A stretch of DNA of 64,000 nt from contig NC_086097.1 of assembly GCF_963921235.1 (NCBI RefSeq), positions 17,484,001-17,548,000 of the forward strand. The letters are read 5' to 3'. Position 1 is the stretch's first letter; the number at the start of each line of letters is the position of its first letter. The notes under the pieces were generated by a model. The model searched no databases. It saw only the letters and a list, made by a program, of their open reading frames with translations, and was not told the DNA's origin. Both the position numbers and the translations under genes were made by a program. The DNA comes from Mobula hypostoma (lineage: Eukaryota). This document shows, piece by piece, positions 49,790 through 63,918 of this stretch.

Positions 49790-50930
49790 GCAGTGTGGCC
49801 ACTGTTGGAGTAATTTCAGGATCATTGAGATCTCTTCTGGGGAAAGTATGACCTGTATGAAAAGAACAGGTTACACCTGAACCTGAGGGGGACTAAGATT
49901 CTTGTGGACAGTTTTGCTGGAGCTGTGAGGGAAGGTTTAAACTAATTTGGCTGGGGGCTGGGAACTGGAGTGGTAGGATTGAGGATAAGGCAGTTGGTAT
50001 ACAAGTAGATACAATGTGTAGTGAGGGCAAAATTACAATCAGTGGGATGAGTTAAAGTGTAACAGGGAGCCAAAATCAAGAAGGATGATAATGGTGATAT
50101 GTTTGAATGCATGCAGTATATGGAATAAGGTAGATGAAATTGTAGCACAGTTAGAGATTAGCAGTGGGTCGTGGCTGAAGGAAGATCATAGCTGGGAGCT
50201 TAACATCCAAGGATACACTCTGTATCAAAACAACAGGTAGGGAGGCAGATGGGGTTGGGATTGCTCTGTTGGTAAAATGAAGTCAAATCCTTAGAAGGAG
50301 GTGACATAGGATCAGAAAATGTAAAATCCTTGTGGGTAGAGTTAGGAAACTGCAAGGGTAAAAAAGACCCTGATGGGAGTTATATACAGGCCTCTGAACA
50401 GTAGCCAGGATGTGGGATACAAATTACAACGGGAGATAGTAAAGACATGTAAAAAGGACAATGTTGCTATAATCATGGAGGACTTCAAAATTCCAGGTAG
50501 ATTGAGAAAATCTATTTGACACTAGATCCCAAGAGAGGAAATTTGTAGAATGCTGATGAGATGGCTTTTTAAGGCAGCTTGTGGTTGAGCCCACTTAGGG
50601 GAACCATTCTTTTCATGTTGTATGTCAATGATTTAGATGAAGAAATTGAAGGCTCTATGTCCAAATTTGAAGGTGATCCGAAGATAGGTGGAGTGTAAGA
50701 CAGGGCTAAGGAAACAGAGTCTGCAGAAGGACTTGGACAGATTGGGGGAATGGACACAGAAGTGGCAGATGGAATATAATGTAGGAAAATGCATGGTCGT
50801 GAACTTTGGTACAAGGAATAAAGGGGTGGATTATTTTCTAAATGGTGAGATAATTAAAATATCAGAGGTACAAAGTGACTTAGGAGTTTAAGGTTCCCTA
50901 AAGGGTAACTTACAGGTCAAGTCTTGTAAT
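49790..50930 (+). mobile_element. Degenerate CR1 (ORF1 end, EN, internal deletion to RT)
   Basis: Similar to 18200-18950 (-); SLQKDLDRLGEW..WQMEYNVGKC. Confidence 0.8.
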
Positions 50931-51844
50931 GTGCTTCACAGAGTAAAATTTTCAAAAGCACCTGAAACAAACTTAATCAGACAATATTGTAACTGTTTTA
51001 AAGATGTAAACTTTAGAATGGGTGTCAACTAACTTGGTTAATAGTTGGTTTTAATAATTAACTTGAAGGTTAGGAAGTGAGACGCTTGAATTGGTGAATA
51101 CCTTGCAACAATTTTAGGGTAAAGAAGGATAATGCTGAACAGACTAAAAGTAGAGGACTGCAAAGCTGGAGGGTTATATAGCTGAAGGAGGTTACCAAGA
51201 TAAGGAGGCATGAAGCAATTATTTGAAGAAGATGAGGATTAACTTAAAATTGAAGTATTAAAGGACAATGAGCAAATGTAATTTAGTGAACAGTCTTGAT
51301 GAGTGAAGAAGGGTGCAATTTAGTGAAAAGAGAGCAACACATACATAAGCTCAAGATTATGGAGTGTTGAATATGAGAAAGTTAAGAAGAACATTGTTGT
51401 AGTCAATAATTTTTGAGGTTACAGAAGCATACTTCAGGGATTCAACAGCAAATTTGCCAAGATTGCAGAGATCTTGATGGTGAATTAATGCAGTAAAAAT
51501 TTGGTTTGTGACTGTCTGAAGCAACAGATAATCTGAAAGAGTAGCCAGTGAGATGGATGAATATTGATAGTTTGGGAATAAAGTTTGTGATGGGTTGTTC
51601 TCACAAAAGCAAACATCCTCTCCACATTCACCCTGTAAAGGCCCTTCAGGACCATATCTTTTTCCATAAGATATAGGAGCAGAAGTAGGTCATTCAGCCT
51701 TTCGATTTCATTTAAATTCTTTCTCTCTCTTCCAAACAATGTCTAAGGCTGACCTCCAATATTTTCCCAAATAACATCCTGCATATTCCAGGTACTAATA
51801 CAGTAAATTTTCTCTGAAGTTCAAGCATTTGTGAGGGACGCTCA

Positions 51845-52530
51845 TGCCTTCAAGCCTAATTGTGTTTTTTGAGGATAAGATGAAACAAATAGATGAAGGA
51901 TGTGGTGTATATGGATTTCAGTATGGCATTTGACGAGGAACCACATGAAAGGATCATACAAAAAGTCATGAGGCATGGAATCCATGGAAATGTGGTTGAG
52001 TGGATTTGGAAATGGCTTGCTCACAGAAGGCAGCGAATGGTAGTAGATGGGATATATTCTGCCTGGAGGTCGGTGGTGTTCCATAGGGATGTATTCTGCG
52101 ATCCCTGCTCTTTGTGATTATTATAAACTACTAGGGTAAGGAAGTGGAGGGGTTGATTAGTACGTTTGCAGATGATGTGAAGGTTGGGGTTATTGTGCAT
52201 AGTGCAGAATGTTGTTGCAGTTTACAACAGAATATACCCAGGATGCAGGATAGAGAAGTTGTTGATTGAGTTCCATCTGGAAAAATGTGAAGTGATACAC
52301 TTTGGAAGAATGGACTTGAAGGTGAAGTACAAGGTTAACAGCAGGATTCTTAGAAGTGTGAAAGAGAACTTGTGGATCCACGTCCAGAGATCCCTGAAAG
52401 CCACTACACAAGTTGATAGGGTGGTTATAGTATATGGTGTGCTGGCTTCATTAGTCAGTGGATTGAGTTTAAGAACTACAAGGTAATGTTGCAGTTCTAT
52501 AAAACTGTGGTTAGATCACACTTGGAATAT
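51845..52530 (+). mobile_element. Degenerate CR1 RT fragment
   Basis: DVVYMDFSMAFD and KCEVIHFGR motifs. Confidence 0.8.
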
Positions 52531-52876
52531 TGGTTTCAGCTAAAATTAACACATGGGCAGCATATAAATTTGTACTGTATATTCTTGTGTATCTTCAGGA
52601 TGTGTCCAATATATATGGGAACAAATGTGCTGTGAATAATGTAAGCACCCCTTGTAATAGAAGAAAGATGATCAAGCCTATCATCTCTGTCTTATCATTT
52701 AATATTTGCAGTCATTCCGAATCATTATAGTCCTACTTGAATTATTCTCAGCTCTATTGAAGGCAGTTTCATTGCTTCAACTGATGTGACTTCTTCACAC
52801 AAATTCAATTTGACTTTTGCTTTTAGTGTTCTGATGGAATCATAGAGAATAGAAGCCCTTCAATCCAAGGGTAGTG

Positions 52877-55800
52877 TGTTTAAACTAAGTAGTGGGGGGG
52901 GGGGAGGGGATGAACTGCAAATATAAGAATGGAGTTAAAGGGAATGAGAGAATAAGAAAAGTTAAGAAAGACAACAGAATTAAAGGGGCAGAAAGATGAG
53001 GAAGGGATCGGAGAGTAAGGGCAAGTGCAATAGTAATCGATGTGAAAGGTGAGGGGAGTAAAAGTATTACTTTAAAAGGATTAAAAGTATTATATATGAA
53101 TGCAGAGTATAAGAAATAAAGTGATGAGCTTGAGGCTCAGTTGGAAATTGGCAAGTATGATGTTGTGGGAATAACAGAGAGATGGCTGTAAGAGGGCCAG
53201 GGCTGGGAAATGAATATTCAGGGATATATATCCTATCGAAAGGACAGACAGGCTGGCAGAGGGGGTGGGGTGGCTCTGTTGGTGAGGAATGAAATTCAGT
53301 CACTTGTGAGGGGGGACATAGAATCAGGAGATATAGAGTCAATATGGATAGAACTGAGAAACTGTAAGGGCAAAAAGAACCTGATGGGAGTTGTCTACAG
53401 GCCCCCAAGCAGTAGCCTGGGCATAGGGTGCAAGTTAAATCAAGAGTTAAAATTGGCATATTGCAAAGGTAATTCTATGGTTGTTTTGGGGGATTTTAAC
53501 ATGCAGCTAGACTGGGAAAATCAAGTTGGTACTGGACCCCAAGAAAGGGAGTTTGTGGAATGCCTCAGAGATGGATTCTTAAAGCAGCTTGTATTAGAGC
53601 CTACCAGAGAGAAGACAATTCTGGATTTAGTGTTGTGTAATGAGCCAGATTTGATAAGGGAACTCGAGGAGCCATTAGGAGGTAGTGACCATAATATGAT
53701 AAGTTTTAATCTACAATTTGAGAGGGAGAAGGGAAGATTGAAAGTGTCAGTATTACAGTTGAACAAAGGGGTCTATGGACACATGAGGGAGGAGCTGGCA
53801 AAAGTTGACTGGAAAGGTACCCTAGCAGGGACGACAGTGGAACAGCAATGGCAGGTATTTCTGGGAATAATACAGAAGGTGCAGGATCAGTTCATTCCAA
53901 AGAGGAAGAAAGGTTCTAAGGGGAGTAAGGGGTGACCGTGGATGACAAGGGAAGTCAAGGACAGTATAAAAATAAAAGAGAGGAAGTATAACATAGCAAG
54001 GATGAGTGGGAAGCCAGAGGATTGGGAGACTTTTAAGGAGCAACAGAAGATAACTAAAAATGCAATCCGGGGGGTGGGGGGGGGGAGATGAGGTACAAAG
54101 ATAAAGGAGGATAGTAAAAGCCTCTTTAGGTATGTGAAGAGGAAAAAAATTAGTTAAGACCAAAGTTGGGCCCTTGAAGACAGAAACGGGTGAAATTATT
54201 ATGGGGAACAAGGAAGTGGCAGATGAGCTGAACAGGTACTTTGGATCTGTCTTCACTAGGGAAGACACAAACAATTTTCCAGATGTAATAGTGGCCAGAG
54301 GACTTTGGGTAACAGAGGAACTGAAGGAAATTCGAATCAGGCACAAAATGGTGTTGGGTAAACTGATGGGACTGAAGGTTGATAAATCCCCAGGGCCTGA
54401 TGGTCTGCATCCCAGGGTACTTAAGGAGGTGGCTCTAAATATCGTGGACGCATTGGTAATCATTTTCCAAGGTTCTATAGATTCAGGATCAGTTCTTGTG
54501 GATTGGAGGGTAGCTAATGTTATCTCACTTTTTAAGAAAGGAGGGAGAGAGAAAAGGGAATTATAGACCAATTAGTCTGACATCAGTGGTGGGGAAGATG
54601 CTGGAATCAATTATAAAAGATGTAATAGCGGCATATTTGGATAGCAGTGGCAGGATAGGTCCGAGTCAGCATGGATTTACGAAGGGGAAATCATGCTTGA
54701 CTAATCTTCTGGAATTTTTTGAGGATGTAACTATGAAAATGGACAAGGGAGAACCAGTGGATGTAGTGTACCTGGACTTTCAGAAAGCCTTTGATAAGGT
54801 CCCACATAGGAGATTAGTGGGCAAAATTAGAGCACATGGTATTGGGGGTAGGGTGCTGATATGGATCGTAAATTGGATCGCAGACAGGAAACAAAGAATA
54901 GGGATTAACGGGTCCCTTTCAGAATGGCAGGTGGTGACTAGTGGGGTACCACAAGGCTCGGTGCTGGGACCGCAGCTATTTACAATGTACATTAATGATT
55001 TAGATGAAGGGATTAGAAGTAACATTAGCAAATTTGCAGATGATACAAAGCTGGGTGGCAGTGTGAAATGTGTAGAGGATGTTGAGATAATGCAGGATGA
55101 CTTGGACAGGTTGGGTGAGTGGGCAGATGCACGGCAGATGCAGTTTAACGTGGATAAATGTGAGGTTATCCACTTTGGTTGCAAGAACAGGAAGGCAGAT
55201 TACTACTTGAATGGTGTCAAGTTAGGAAAAGGGGAAGTACAACGAGATCTTGGTGTCCTTGTTCATCAGTCACTGAAAGTAAGCATGCAGGTACAGCAGG
55301 CAGTGAAGAAAGCTAATGGCATGTTGGCCTTCATAACAAGGGGAGTTGAGTAAAGGAGCAAAGAGGTCCTTCTGCAGTTGTACAGGGCCCTGGTGAGACC
55401 ACACCTGGAGTATTGTGTACAGTTTTGGTCTCCAAATTTGAGGAAGGACATTCTAGCTATTGAGGGAGCGCAGCGTAGGTTCACGAGGTTAATTCCTGGG
55501 ATGGCGGGACTGTCATATGTTGAAAGATTGGAGCGACGAGGGTTGTATACACTGGAATTTAGAAGGATGAGAGGGGATCTGATTGAAACATATAAGATTA
55601 TTAAGGGATTGGACACGCTAGAGTCAGGAAACATGTTCTCGATGTTGGGGGAGTCCAGAACCAGAGGCCGCAGTTTAAGAATAAGGGGTAGACAAATTAG
55701 AACGGAGTTGAGGAAAAACTTTTTCACCCAGAGTGTTGTGGTTCTGTGGAATGCTCTGCCTCAGAAGGCAGTGGAGGCCAATTCTCTGGATTCTTTCAAA

Positions 55801-55961
55801 AAAGAGTTAGATAGAGCTCTTAAAGATAGCAGAGTGAAAGGATATGGGGAAAAGGCAGGAAAAGGGTACTGATTGTGGATGATCAACCATGATCACAGTG
55901 AATGGTGGTGCTGGCTCGAAGGGCTGAATGGCCTACTCCTGCACCTATTGTCTATTGTCTA
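52877..55961 (+). mobile_element. CR1 LINE ORF2 (APE + RT), frameshifted, 5'-truncated
   Basis: ORFs 53210-53935, 54174-54566, 54517-55353 and 55378-55872 carry EN and RT motifs; (ctattgt)n tail. Confidence 0.95.
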
Positions 55962-56559
55962 CCCCATATCAGGAAAAAAAAACATTGTTGGAATACTATT
56001 TCTAAATCTCTATCAGTGCAACTTTCTTTTCATTACTACTACTCTTGTTGTCTAAATGTCTTCATGCTGACTTTGTTGGGATGATGACAATAACTAATCA
56101 TTCATAGAGCTTCTGTGAAGTTCCTCCAATTACCATGTGTTAGATTTTTTTCAGCACATTAAAATATTAGGCCTAGACTTGTCGCCAGCAGTGAGCCGTC
56201 TGTGCTCACTTTATGCAAAGATAGAGTGGACTTGCCATTTGCAGGTATCCTGACATTGACATGCTGATAATTTTAGATTGATTCTAAATGTAGCTTTGGA
56301 TGACAAAATAATATTGTGTGGCTAAGTCAGAAGAAACTCTTTCCATGAAATAGTTGAAAGAAACTGACAAAGCACAAGCATTTATCAATGTGGACTGTAA
56401 ATAAATCTTAAAAATGTCAATTCTTTGTGTCCTATCCAGCAATTGAGAAGAATATGCTACTGTTTATACAGGCAACTTTATCATTCATGCCAATACTGTA
56501 CCTTTGTTTAAACGAGCGATGCTTGATTAAAAGGAGGGCTTCTCAAGCATTTAGGCTCA

Positions 56560-57640
56560 TTCTGGTGGCCCAATCAGCAGTGGGAGAAGAGCATAGCAAA
56601 CTTAGTAAAAGTACAGAAGGGATAAGCGGGGTGACCATTGTTGGGAGTAGGCCATTGGTGAGAGTAGGAAAGTCAGGCTTTGGCTCAAAGGAGGCTTCAG
56701 CTTGAAAGAGAGTTAACTCTGGGTAAGTTTCTGTTAAGGTTCCCTTTTCTTTCTCCTACTGTACCTTGTGTAGTTATTGGCAGTTGTGTGTTCTTCATGC
56801 CGGATGTTGGAGTCCTGGGAGCTCCCAGGGAACTACATTTGTGTGAAGTGCATCCAGCTGCAGCTCCTTGATCATTTTAGGGAACTGGAGCAGCAGCTGA
56901 ATAACCTTCGGCTTCTACAGGAGAGTGAGGCAGCACGATAGTGTGGTGGTTAGCATAACACTTTACAGTTCCAGTGGCCCGGGTTCAACTCCCACTGCTG
57001 CCTGTAAGGAGTTTGTATGTTCTCCCCTTGACTACGTGCATTTCCTCCGAGCTCTCTGGTTCTCCCACAGTCCAAAAAACATATTGGTTGGTAGGTTAGT
57101 TGGGCATTGTAGATTGTCCCATGGTTAGGCTAGGGTTAAAATTGGGTTTACTGGGTGGCCTGGCTCGAAGGGCTGGAAGGACCTATTCCATGCTGCATGT
57201 CAATAAAATAAAATTTAAATATAAAATTGTCATTCAGAGTTACAGGGAAGTAGTCACCTCTAAGTTGTAGTGGCTGGGTGACTGTTAGGAGAAATGGAAA
57301 TGTGAATAGGCAGTTAGCACAGAGCACCCCTGTGGCCATTCCCCTGAATAATAAGTATACCATTTTGGATACTGTTCTGGGGATGATCTCCCAGGGTAAT
57401 GCCATGGAGACCAGGTTATTGGCACTGAGCATGGGACCAGGTGCAGAAGGGAAGGAAGGAGAAGAAGGGAGTGGTAGTGATACAGGACTCAATAGTCAGA
57501 GGAACAGACAGGAGATTCTGTGGATGTGAATGGGATAAGAAGGTAAGGAGAGGGGATGATGTGGCTCTGCTGGTAAAGAATGGCATCAATTCAGTTGAAA
57601 GATGTGACATAGGATCAGAAGATGTGGAATCTTTGATGGA
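56560..57640 (+). mobile_element. Degenerate CR1 5'UTR/ORF1 fragment
   Basis: STPVAIPLNNKYTILDTV and VVIQDSIVRGTDRRFCG, homologous to ORF1 at 19254-19673. Confidence 0.8.
56928..57220 (+). mobile_element. tRNA-derived V-SINE (HE1-like), nested in CR1 ORF1
   Basis: A/B boxes (tggttagc, gggttcaactccc), V domain gagtttgtatgttctcccc..ttctcccacagtccaaa, CR1-like tail and A-rich end. Confidence 0.8.
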
Positions 57641-58244
57641 ATGTGATAATGTGATAAATTGTTACTTACCTGGAATATATTACAGCCACAATAATACTCA
57701 AGTAGCTCAACACTATTCAGAGCAGAATGTTTCTTAAATGAGTCCTGTAACCATTAACTTTACATGTTATTCTGTGGCTGTAATATGTCCTATTTACAGA
57801 AAGCACTGCACCAGCAAACTTTTCATGTCAACAACATCTTTCCTTGCTACCAAGAGGCTTGTGGACTAAAAGTGACACTGATGATTCCTTGTGAATAAAT
57901 TTGAACACCCTACTAGAAGACCAGTGCCAAATTGTTTTCATCATCAGTTCATTCATGTGTTGACCTATTCTAAAAATAGAAGTTTTTAAAGCTACAGAAA
58001 AAAAGTCAAATCATTCGTTAAAGTTTATACTTATGTTTCTTTATAGTCGTGTAAATGAAGTAGAAAAATATAACTGTTGGTTGTAATTTGCGGAAAGTTG
58101 TAAAGAAAGGGGAAAAGGGAAGACCATGGATCTATATTGATGCTGCAAGGATGACTAAAAGTTACTTATGTTTTTGGAATATAGTTATTTCTATTGTGTA
58201 TGAAGTTGTCCATAAAACTGTAATATACTAAGTTTCTTTATCTA

Positions 58245-59761
58245 CAATGCCTATAAAAAGTATTCATCCTCCTTGGAAGTTTTCATGTTTTATTCTTTTA
58301 TAACAATGAATCATGGTGGATTTAATTTGGCTTTTATTTTTGACTCTGATCAACAGAAAACAACTCGTGTTAAAATGAAAGCAGATTGCTACAAAATGAT
58401 CTAAATTAATTGCAAATATAAAACACAAAATAATTGATTGCATAAGTATTCGTGTCCTTTAATATGATGCACCAAATCATCACAGGTGTAGCCAATTAGT
58501 TTTGGAAGCCACATAATTAGTTAAATGGAGATCTGTTTTTGGAGACCTGTGTGCAGTCAAGGTGTTTCATTTGACTGCAGTAAAAATATTCCAGTATCTG
58601 CAAGGACCAACTGTGGTGAGTTGGTATCCTGGTTAAAATCTACACCATAAAGACAAAAGAACACTCCAAGCAACTCCATGAAAAAGTTGAAAAGCACAAA
58701 TCAGGAGATGAATACAAGAAAATTTCCAAGTCACTGAACATCCCTTGGAGCACAGTTAAGTCAATCATCAAGAACTGGAAATAATGTGGCACAGCTGTAA
58801 ATCTGCCTAGAGAAGGCCATCCTCAAAAACTGAGTGACTATGCAAGAAGGGGCTAGTGAGGGAAGCCACCAAGAGGCCTATGATACTGGAGGAGTTACAA
58901 ACTTGAGTACTGTGATGGGAGAGACAGCACATACAACAGCTGTCGCCTGGGTGATTCACCAGTCACAGCTTTATGGGAGAGTGGCAAAGAGAAAGCCATT
59001 GTTGAAAAAAATTCACATGAAATCTTAGCTAGAGTTTGCCAGAAGGCATGTGGGAGACTCTGAAGTCAGCTGGAAGAGGTTTCTATGGTGTAATGAAATC
59101 AAAATTGAGCATTTTGGCCATCAGACTAAATGCTATGTTTGGCGTCCCTAACACTACACGTCATCAAGAACACACCATCCCTACTGTGAAGCATGGGGGT
59201 GGCTGCATCATGCTGTGGGAAAACCTGATGCAGTCTACAAGAGAACTGTGATTTGGGAAGATTAGTTTTTCAGCAAAACAATGACTCCACGCATAAAGCC
59301 AAAGCTACACAGGATTGGCTTAAAAACAAATTTAATGTCCTGGAGTGGGCAAGTCAGAGTCCAGACCTCAATCCAATTGAGAATTTGTGGCTGGACTTGA
59401 AAAGGGCTTTTCACCCACAATGCCCATGCAATCTGACAGTGCTTGAGCAGTTTTGTAAAGAAGAATGGGGAATAATTGCAGTGTTTAGATGTGCAAAGGT
59501 GATAGAGACCTATCAACACAGATAAAGGTGCACCTACTAAATATTAACTCGAAGTGGGGGAGTAATTCTGCAATCAAATATTTTGTCTTTATTAATTGTA
59601 ATTTAGACCAATTTGTAGAAATTTGTTTTCACTTTGACACAGAAGAGTCTTTTCTGTTGATCAATGTCAAAAATATCAAATTAAATCCACAGCAATATAA
59701 TGTTTTAAAGCAATAAAACATGAAAACTTCAAAGGAAGGTGAATTCTTTTTGTAGACATTG
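58245..59761 (+). mobile_element. Tc1/mariner DNA transposon, decayed (same family as 39574-41157)
   Basis: TA|CAATGCC...GACATTG|TA. Remnants PTVKHGGGCIMLW, FQQNNDSTHKAK, WASQSPDLNPIENLW. Internal deletion after MLW. Confidence 0.92.
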
Positions 59762-60198
59762 TATATGTATCATCAATGGCTCAGATGATTGCATTCTTTT
59801 CAATAATAGTTAATTTATTTGTAAATAAGATGAAGAAGCTTCCTTTATGGGTGCCTTGAGTTTACGTTCAAATAGCTGGTGCAGGAGATCTACCCACAAG
59901 CTTTTGATCCTGAGATGATGATGATGCTTTGACAGATAAAAATGGTCATAAGTAGGAATTTCTGAAAAAGAATTGTTATGATGAGGTGATAGTTTTAAAA
60001 TAAAACAGAAAATTATTGAATTGTTCAACAGCATCTTTGAAGAGAAAAAACAAGTTTGGCATATCATGTTGTGAACCAGTAATCAGAATGGATCAAAGCT
60101 CTTTCATGAAAAATGTTTGCAGGTTTAGAAATTAAAAATTATCTTTATTTGAGAAGCTGACATGTACTAATTTCTTCTAATCTGATATTTCTTAACAG

Positions 60199-60478
60199 CT
60201 GTGTGTGACCCACCATGTCAAAACAGGGGTTCATGTTCACGACCTCAAGTCTGTGTCTGCCGGTCAGGATTCCAGGGTTCTAGGTGTGAAGAAATTGTTC
60301 CAGAGCAACCATACATTCCCCGTGTTCTCTCATCAAGACCCTTTCCTTCTCAGTCATCTGCCTCGTACTCAAATGCCATTCAGAAAATTCACAGCAATGC
60401 AAAAAATACCACCAAAAGAATGAATGAAATTCCATCTAAACATAGGGCTTCATCAGTTGCTCAAGGCGAGAGACTTCT
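60199..60478 (+). CDS. ltbp2: LTBP2-like coding exon with first EGF-like domain plus linker
   Basis: Acceptor tatttcttaacag; probable donor CT|GTGAGT at 60479. Encodes [36 protein letters not shown], nearly identical to remembered LTBP2 [32 protein letters not shown]+CT restores the Pro codon across the intron. Confidence 0.9.
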
Positions 60479-60884
60479 GTGAGTAGTTTTAATTTATTCC
60501 TCTTCATCGGTGCATTACTTCCCAGGGTAATAGATTCTACTCTTATTTTAAGATGATAGATTATTTGGTAGCTAATACAATTTATCATGTCATTTTCTTG
60601 GCATGTTGACCAGTTTCTAACTGTATTAATAATTGTTGAATGCAATATTTGTTTCTCAGTTATAAATAATGCATATCTGATTCAAGGCTCCAGAGATAAC
60701 TACATAATTTTTATCAGTTTTGAGAATTTAATTGATTTTCATCTTTATTTCATTGTTAATGACAATGTGAAAGATGATAATATGGAGGAATATTTTGCTC
60801 CTTTTTAAGGAAAAGCTCGGCATAGTCATTTTTGAAATACTTCTTAGCCAAAAATATTAAAGTTAGGAGTAATTAACTGAGCAA

Positions 60885-61720
60885 ATCAGAGAGACATTGC
60901 TAGGATACAGAAGTGGGCTGAGAAGTGGCAGGTGGAGTTAAACCCGGAGAAGTGTGAGGTGGTACACTTTGGAAGGACAAACTCTAAGGCAGAGTACAAA
61001 CTAAATGGCAGGATACTTGGTAGTGTGGAGGAGCTGAGGGATCTGGGGGTACATGTCCACAGATCCCTGAAAGTTGCCTCACAGGTAGATAGGGTAGTTA
61101 TGAAAGCTAACACCCCATAAGCTTTCTTAAGTGGAGGGATACAGATTAAGAGTCGAGATGTAATGATGCAGCTCTGTAAAACTCTGGTTAGGCCACACTT
61201 GGAGTACTGTGTCCATTTCTGGTCGCCTCACTATAGGAAGGATGTGGAAGCATTGGAAAGGGTGCAGAGGTGATTTACCAGGATGCTGCCTGGTTTAGAG
61301 AGTATGCATTATGATCAGAGATTAAGGGAGTTAGGGCTTTACTCTTTGGAGAGAAGGAGGATGAGAGGAGACATGATAGAGGTGTACAAAATAATAAGAG
61401 GAATAGATAGTGGATAGCCAGCGCCTCTTCCCCAGGGCACCACTGATCAATACAAGAGGACATGGCTTTAAGGTAAGGGGTGGGAAGTTCAAGGGGGATA
61501 TTAGAGGAAGGTTTTTTACTCAGAGAGTGGTTGGTGCGTGGAATGCACTGCCTGAGTCAGTGGTGGAGGCAGATACACTCGTGAAGTTTAAGAGACTACT
61601 CGACAGGTATATGGAGGAATTTAAGGTGGGGGGTTATATGGGAGGCAGGGTTTGAGGGTCGGCACAACATTGTGGGCTGAAGGGCCTGTAATGTGCTGTA
61701 CTATGCTATGTTCTCTGTTC
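60885..61720 (+). mobile_element. CR1 LINE 3' portion
   Basis: NPEKCEVVHFGR and FFTQRVVGAWNALP; (ctatg) tail. Confidence 0.9.
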
Positions 61721-62301
61721 AAATCATAATCGGATGTCTCTTGTTTAAAGTGAGCAAGTCATGCCTGTATTAAATTTATAGACAAAGCGAAGTCGCATTA
61801 AGCTTTTGTCATCTAATACTGTAAGGCCCTGTTGTCTACTATTTGCAATAAAAATTAAAATTGGTCTTTAACTTGAAAGTAAATATAGAGAAATAATAAA
61901 TCAAGGATTGCTATGGTGTGGTGAAATTGAGAAGTTTAATTTAACAGATAATGTTTGTATTTTAAGTGAAATAAGAAGAACAGATATAAAGTTTAAATAG
62001 AAGGGCATTAAAGATAAGGGCATGTTTTTCTATTTAGATTCTTAAACAATTCACTCTGCAGTCATACTTACTCCTTTGCTTTTGTTGTGGCTGTTCTGAG
62101 TCTCTGATTCCAGTCAAACTTGAAGACTAAGATCTTACTCTTGGGCAGCCCCACTGGCCTTAATTGAGATTGCTTTTGTCGAAGGCTGTTTTACATCATT
62201 ATCAGGAGTAATTAAAAAGCAGTTTAAGCCAATTTAAATAATGAAAACATATTATTTATAAAATTGTTTGCTAATATTTTGAACATGTCTAAGTTAATTA
62301 A

Positions 62302-63918
62302 AAACATAACAACATAAGAACATAACAAATAGAAGCAGGAGTAGGCCATCTGGCCCGTCGAGCCTGCTCCGCCGTTCAATAAGATCATGGCTGATCTGGC
62401 CATGGACTCATCTCCACCTACCTGCCTTTTCCCCATAACCCATAATTCCCCACTATACAAAAATCTATCCGACCTTGTCTTAAATATATTTAACTAAAGT
62501 AACTTCCACCACTTCATTGTGCAGAGAATTCCACAGATTCACCACTCTCTGGGAAAAGCAGTTCCTTCTCATCTCCATCCTAAATCTACTCCTACTCCCC
62601 TGAATCTTGAGGCTTTGTCCCGTTGTTCTAGTCTCACCTACCAGTGGAAACTCTCCTGCCTCTTTCTTATATCCCTTTCATAATTTTATATGTTTCTATA
62701 AGATCTCCCCTCATTCTTCTGATTTCCAGCGAATGCAGTCCCAAGTGACTCAATCTCTCCTCATGGTCTAACCACTTCTTCTCTGGAATCAACTGGGTGA
62801 ACCTCCTCTGCACTGTTTCCAAAGCCACTATATCATTCCTCGTGTAAGGAGACCAGAATTGCATGCAGTACTCCAGGTGCAGCCTCACCAGTACCCTGTA
62901 CAGTTGCAGCATAACCTCCCTGCTCTTAAATTCAAACCCTCTAACAATGAAGGCCAATATTCCATTTGCTTTCCTGATTGCCTGCTGCACCTGCAAACCA
63001 ACCTTTTGTGATTCATGCACAAGTACTCCCAAGTCCCTCTGCATAGCAGCATGCTGCAACGTTTTACCATTTAAGCAATAACCTGATCTTCCATTTTTCC
63101 TTTCAAAGTGGATGACCTCATATTTACCAACCTTGTACTCCGTCTGCCAGACCCATGCCCATTTACTTAACCCATCTGTATCTCTCTGCAGACTCTCTAT
63201 ATCTTCTTTACAATTTGCTTTTCCACTCAATTTAGTATCATCAGCAAACTTAGATAAACTACACTCGGTCCCCTCTTCCAGATTGTTAATGTATCTCGTG
63301 AACAGTTGCAGTCGCAGCATCAATTCCTGTGGCACAATGCTCACGACTGATTGCTAACCAGAGTAACACCCATGTATCCCAACTCTCTGCTTTCCATTGG
63401 TTAACCAATCCTCTTCCCATGCTAATACATCACCCCCAACTCTATGCATCCTTATCTTATGGATAAGACTTTTATGTGGCACCTTATCGAACACCTTCTG
63501 GAAATCCAAGGAATTAACGTCCATCTGTTCCCCTCTATACACTGCGCTTGTTGTATCCTTAAATACTCCAGTAAGTTTGTCAAACAGGACCTGCCTTTGC
63601 TGAATCCATGCTGTGTCTGCCTGATGGATCCATTTCTTTCCAGATGCCTCGTTTTTTCTTCTTTAATGATAGCTTCAAGCATTTTCCCAACTACAGATGT
63701 TAAACCAACTGGCCTATAGTTATCTGCCTTTTGTCTACGTCCTTTTTTTGAATGGTGGCGTGACATTTGCTGTCTTCCAATCCACCAGGACCTGCCTAGA
63801 GTCCAGAGAATTTTGGTAAATCATCACCAAAGCCTCTACTATAACTTCTACCATTTCTTTCAGTACACTGGGATGCATTCCATCAGGACCAGGGGACTTA
63901 TCTATCTTCAGGCCTACA
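62302..63918 (-). mobile_element. CR1 LINE 3' portion
   Basis: NYRPVGLTSVVGK, KFADDTKL, HLEYCMQFWSP; (aacataag)n tail. Confidence 0.92.
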
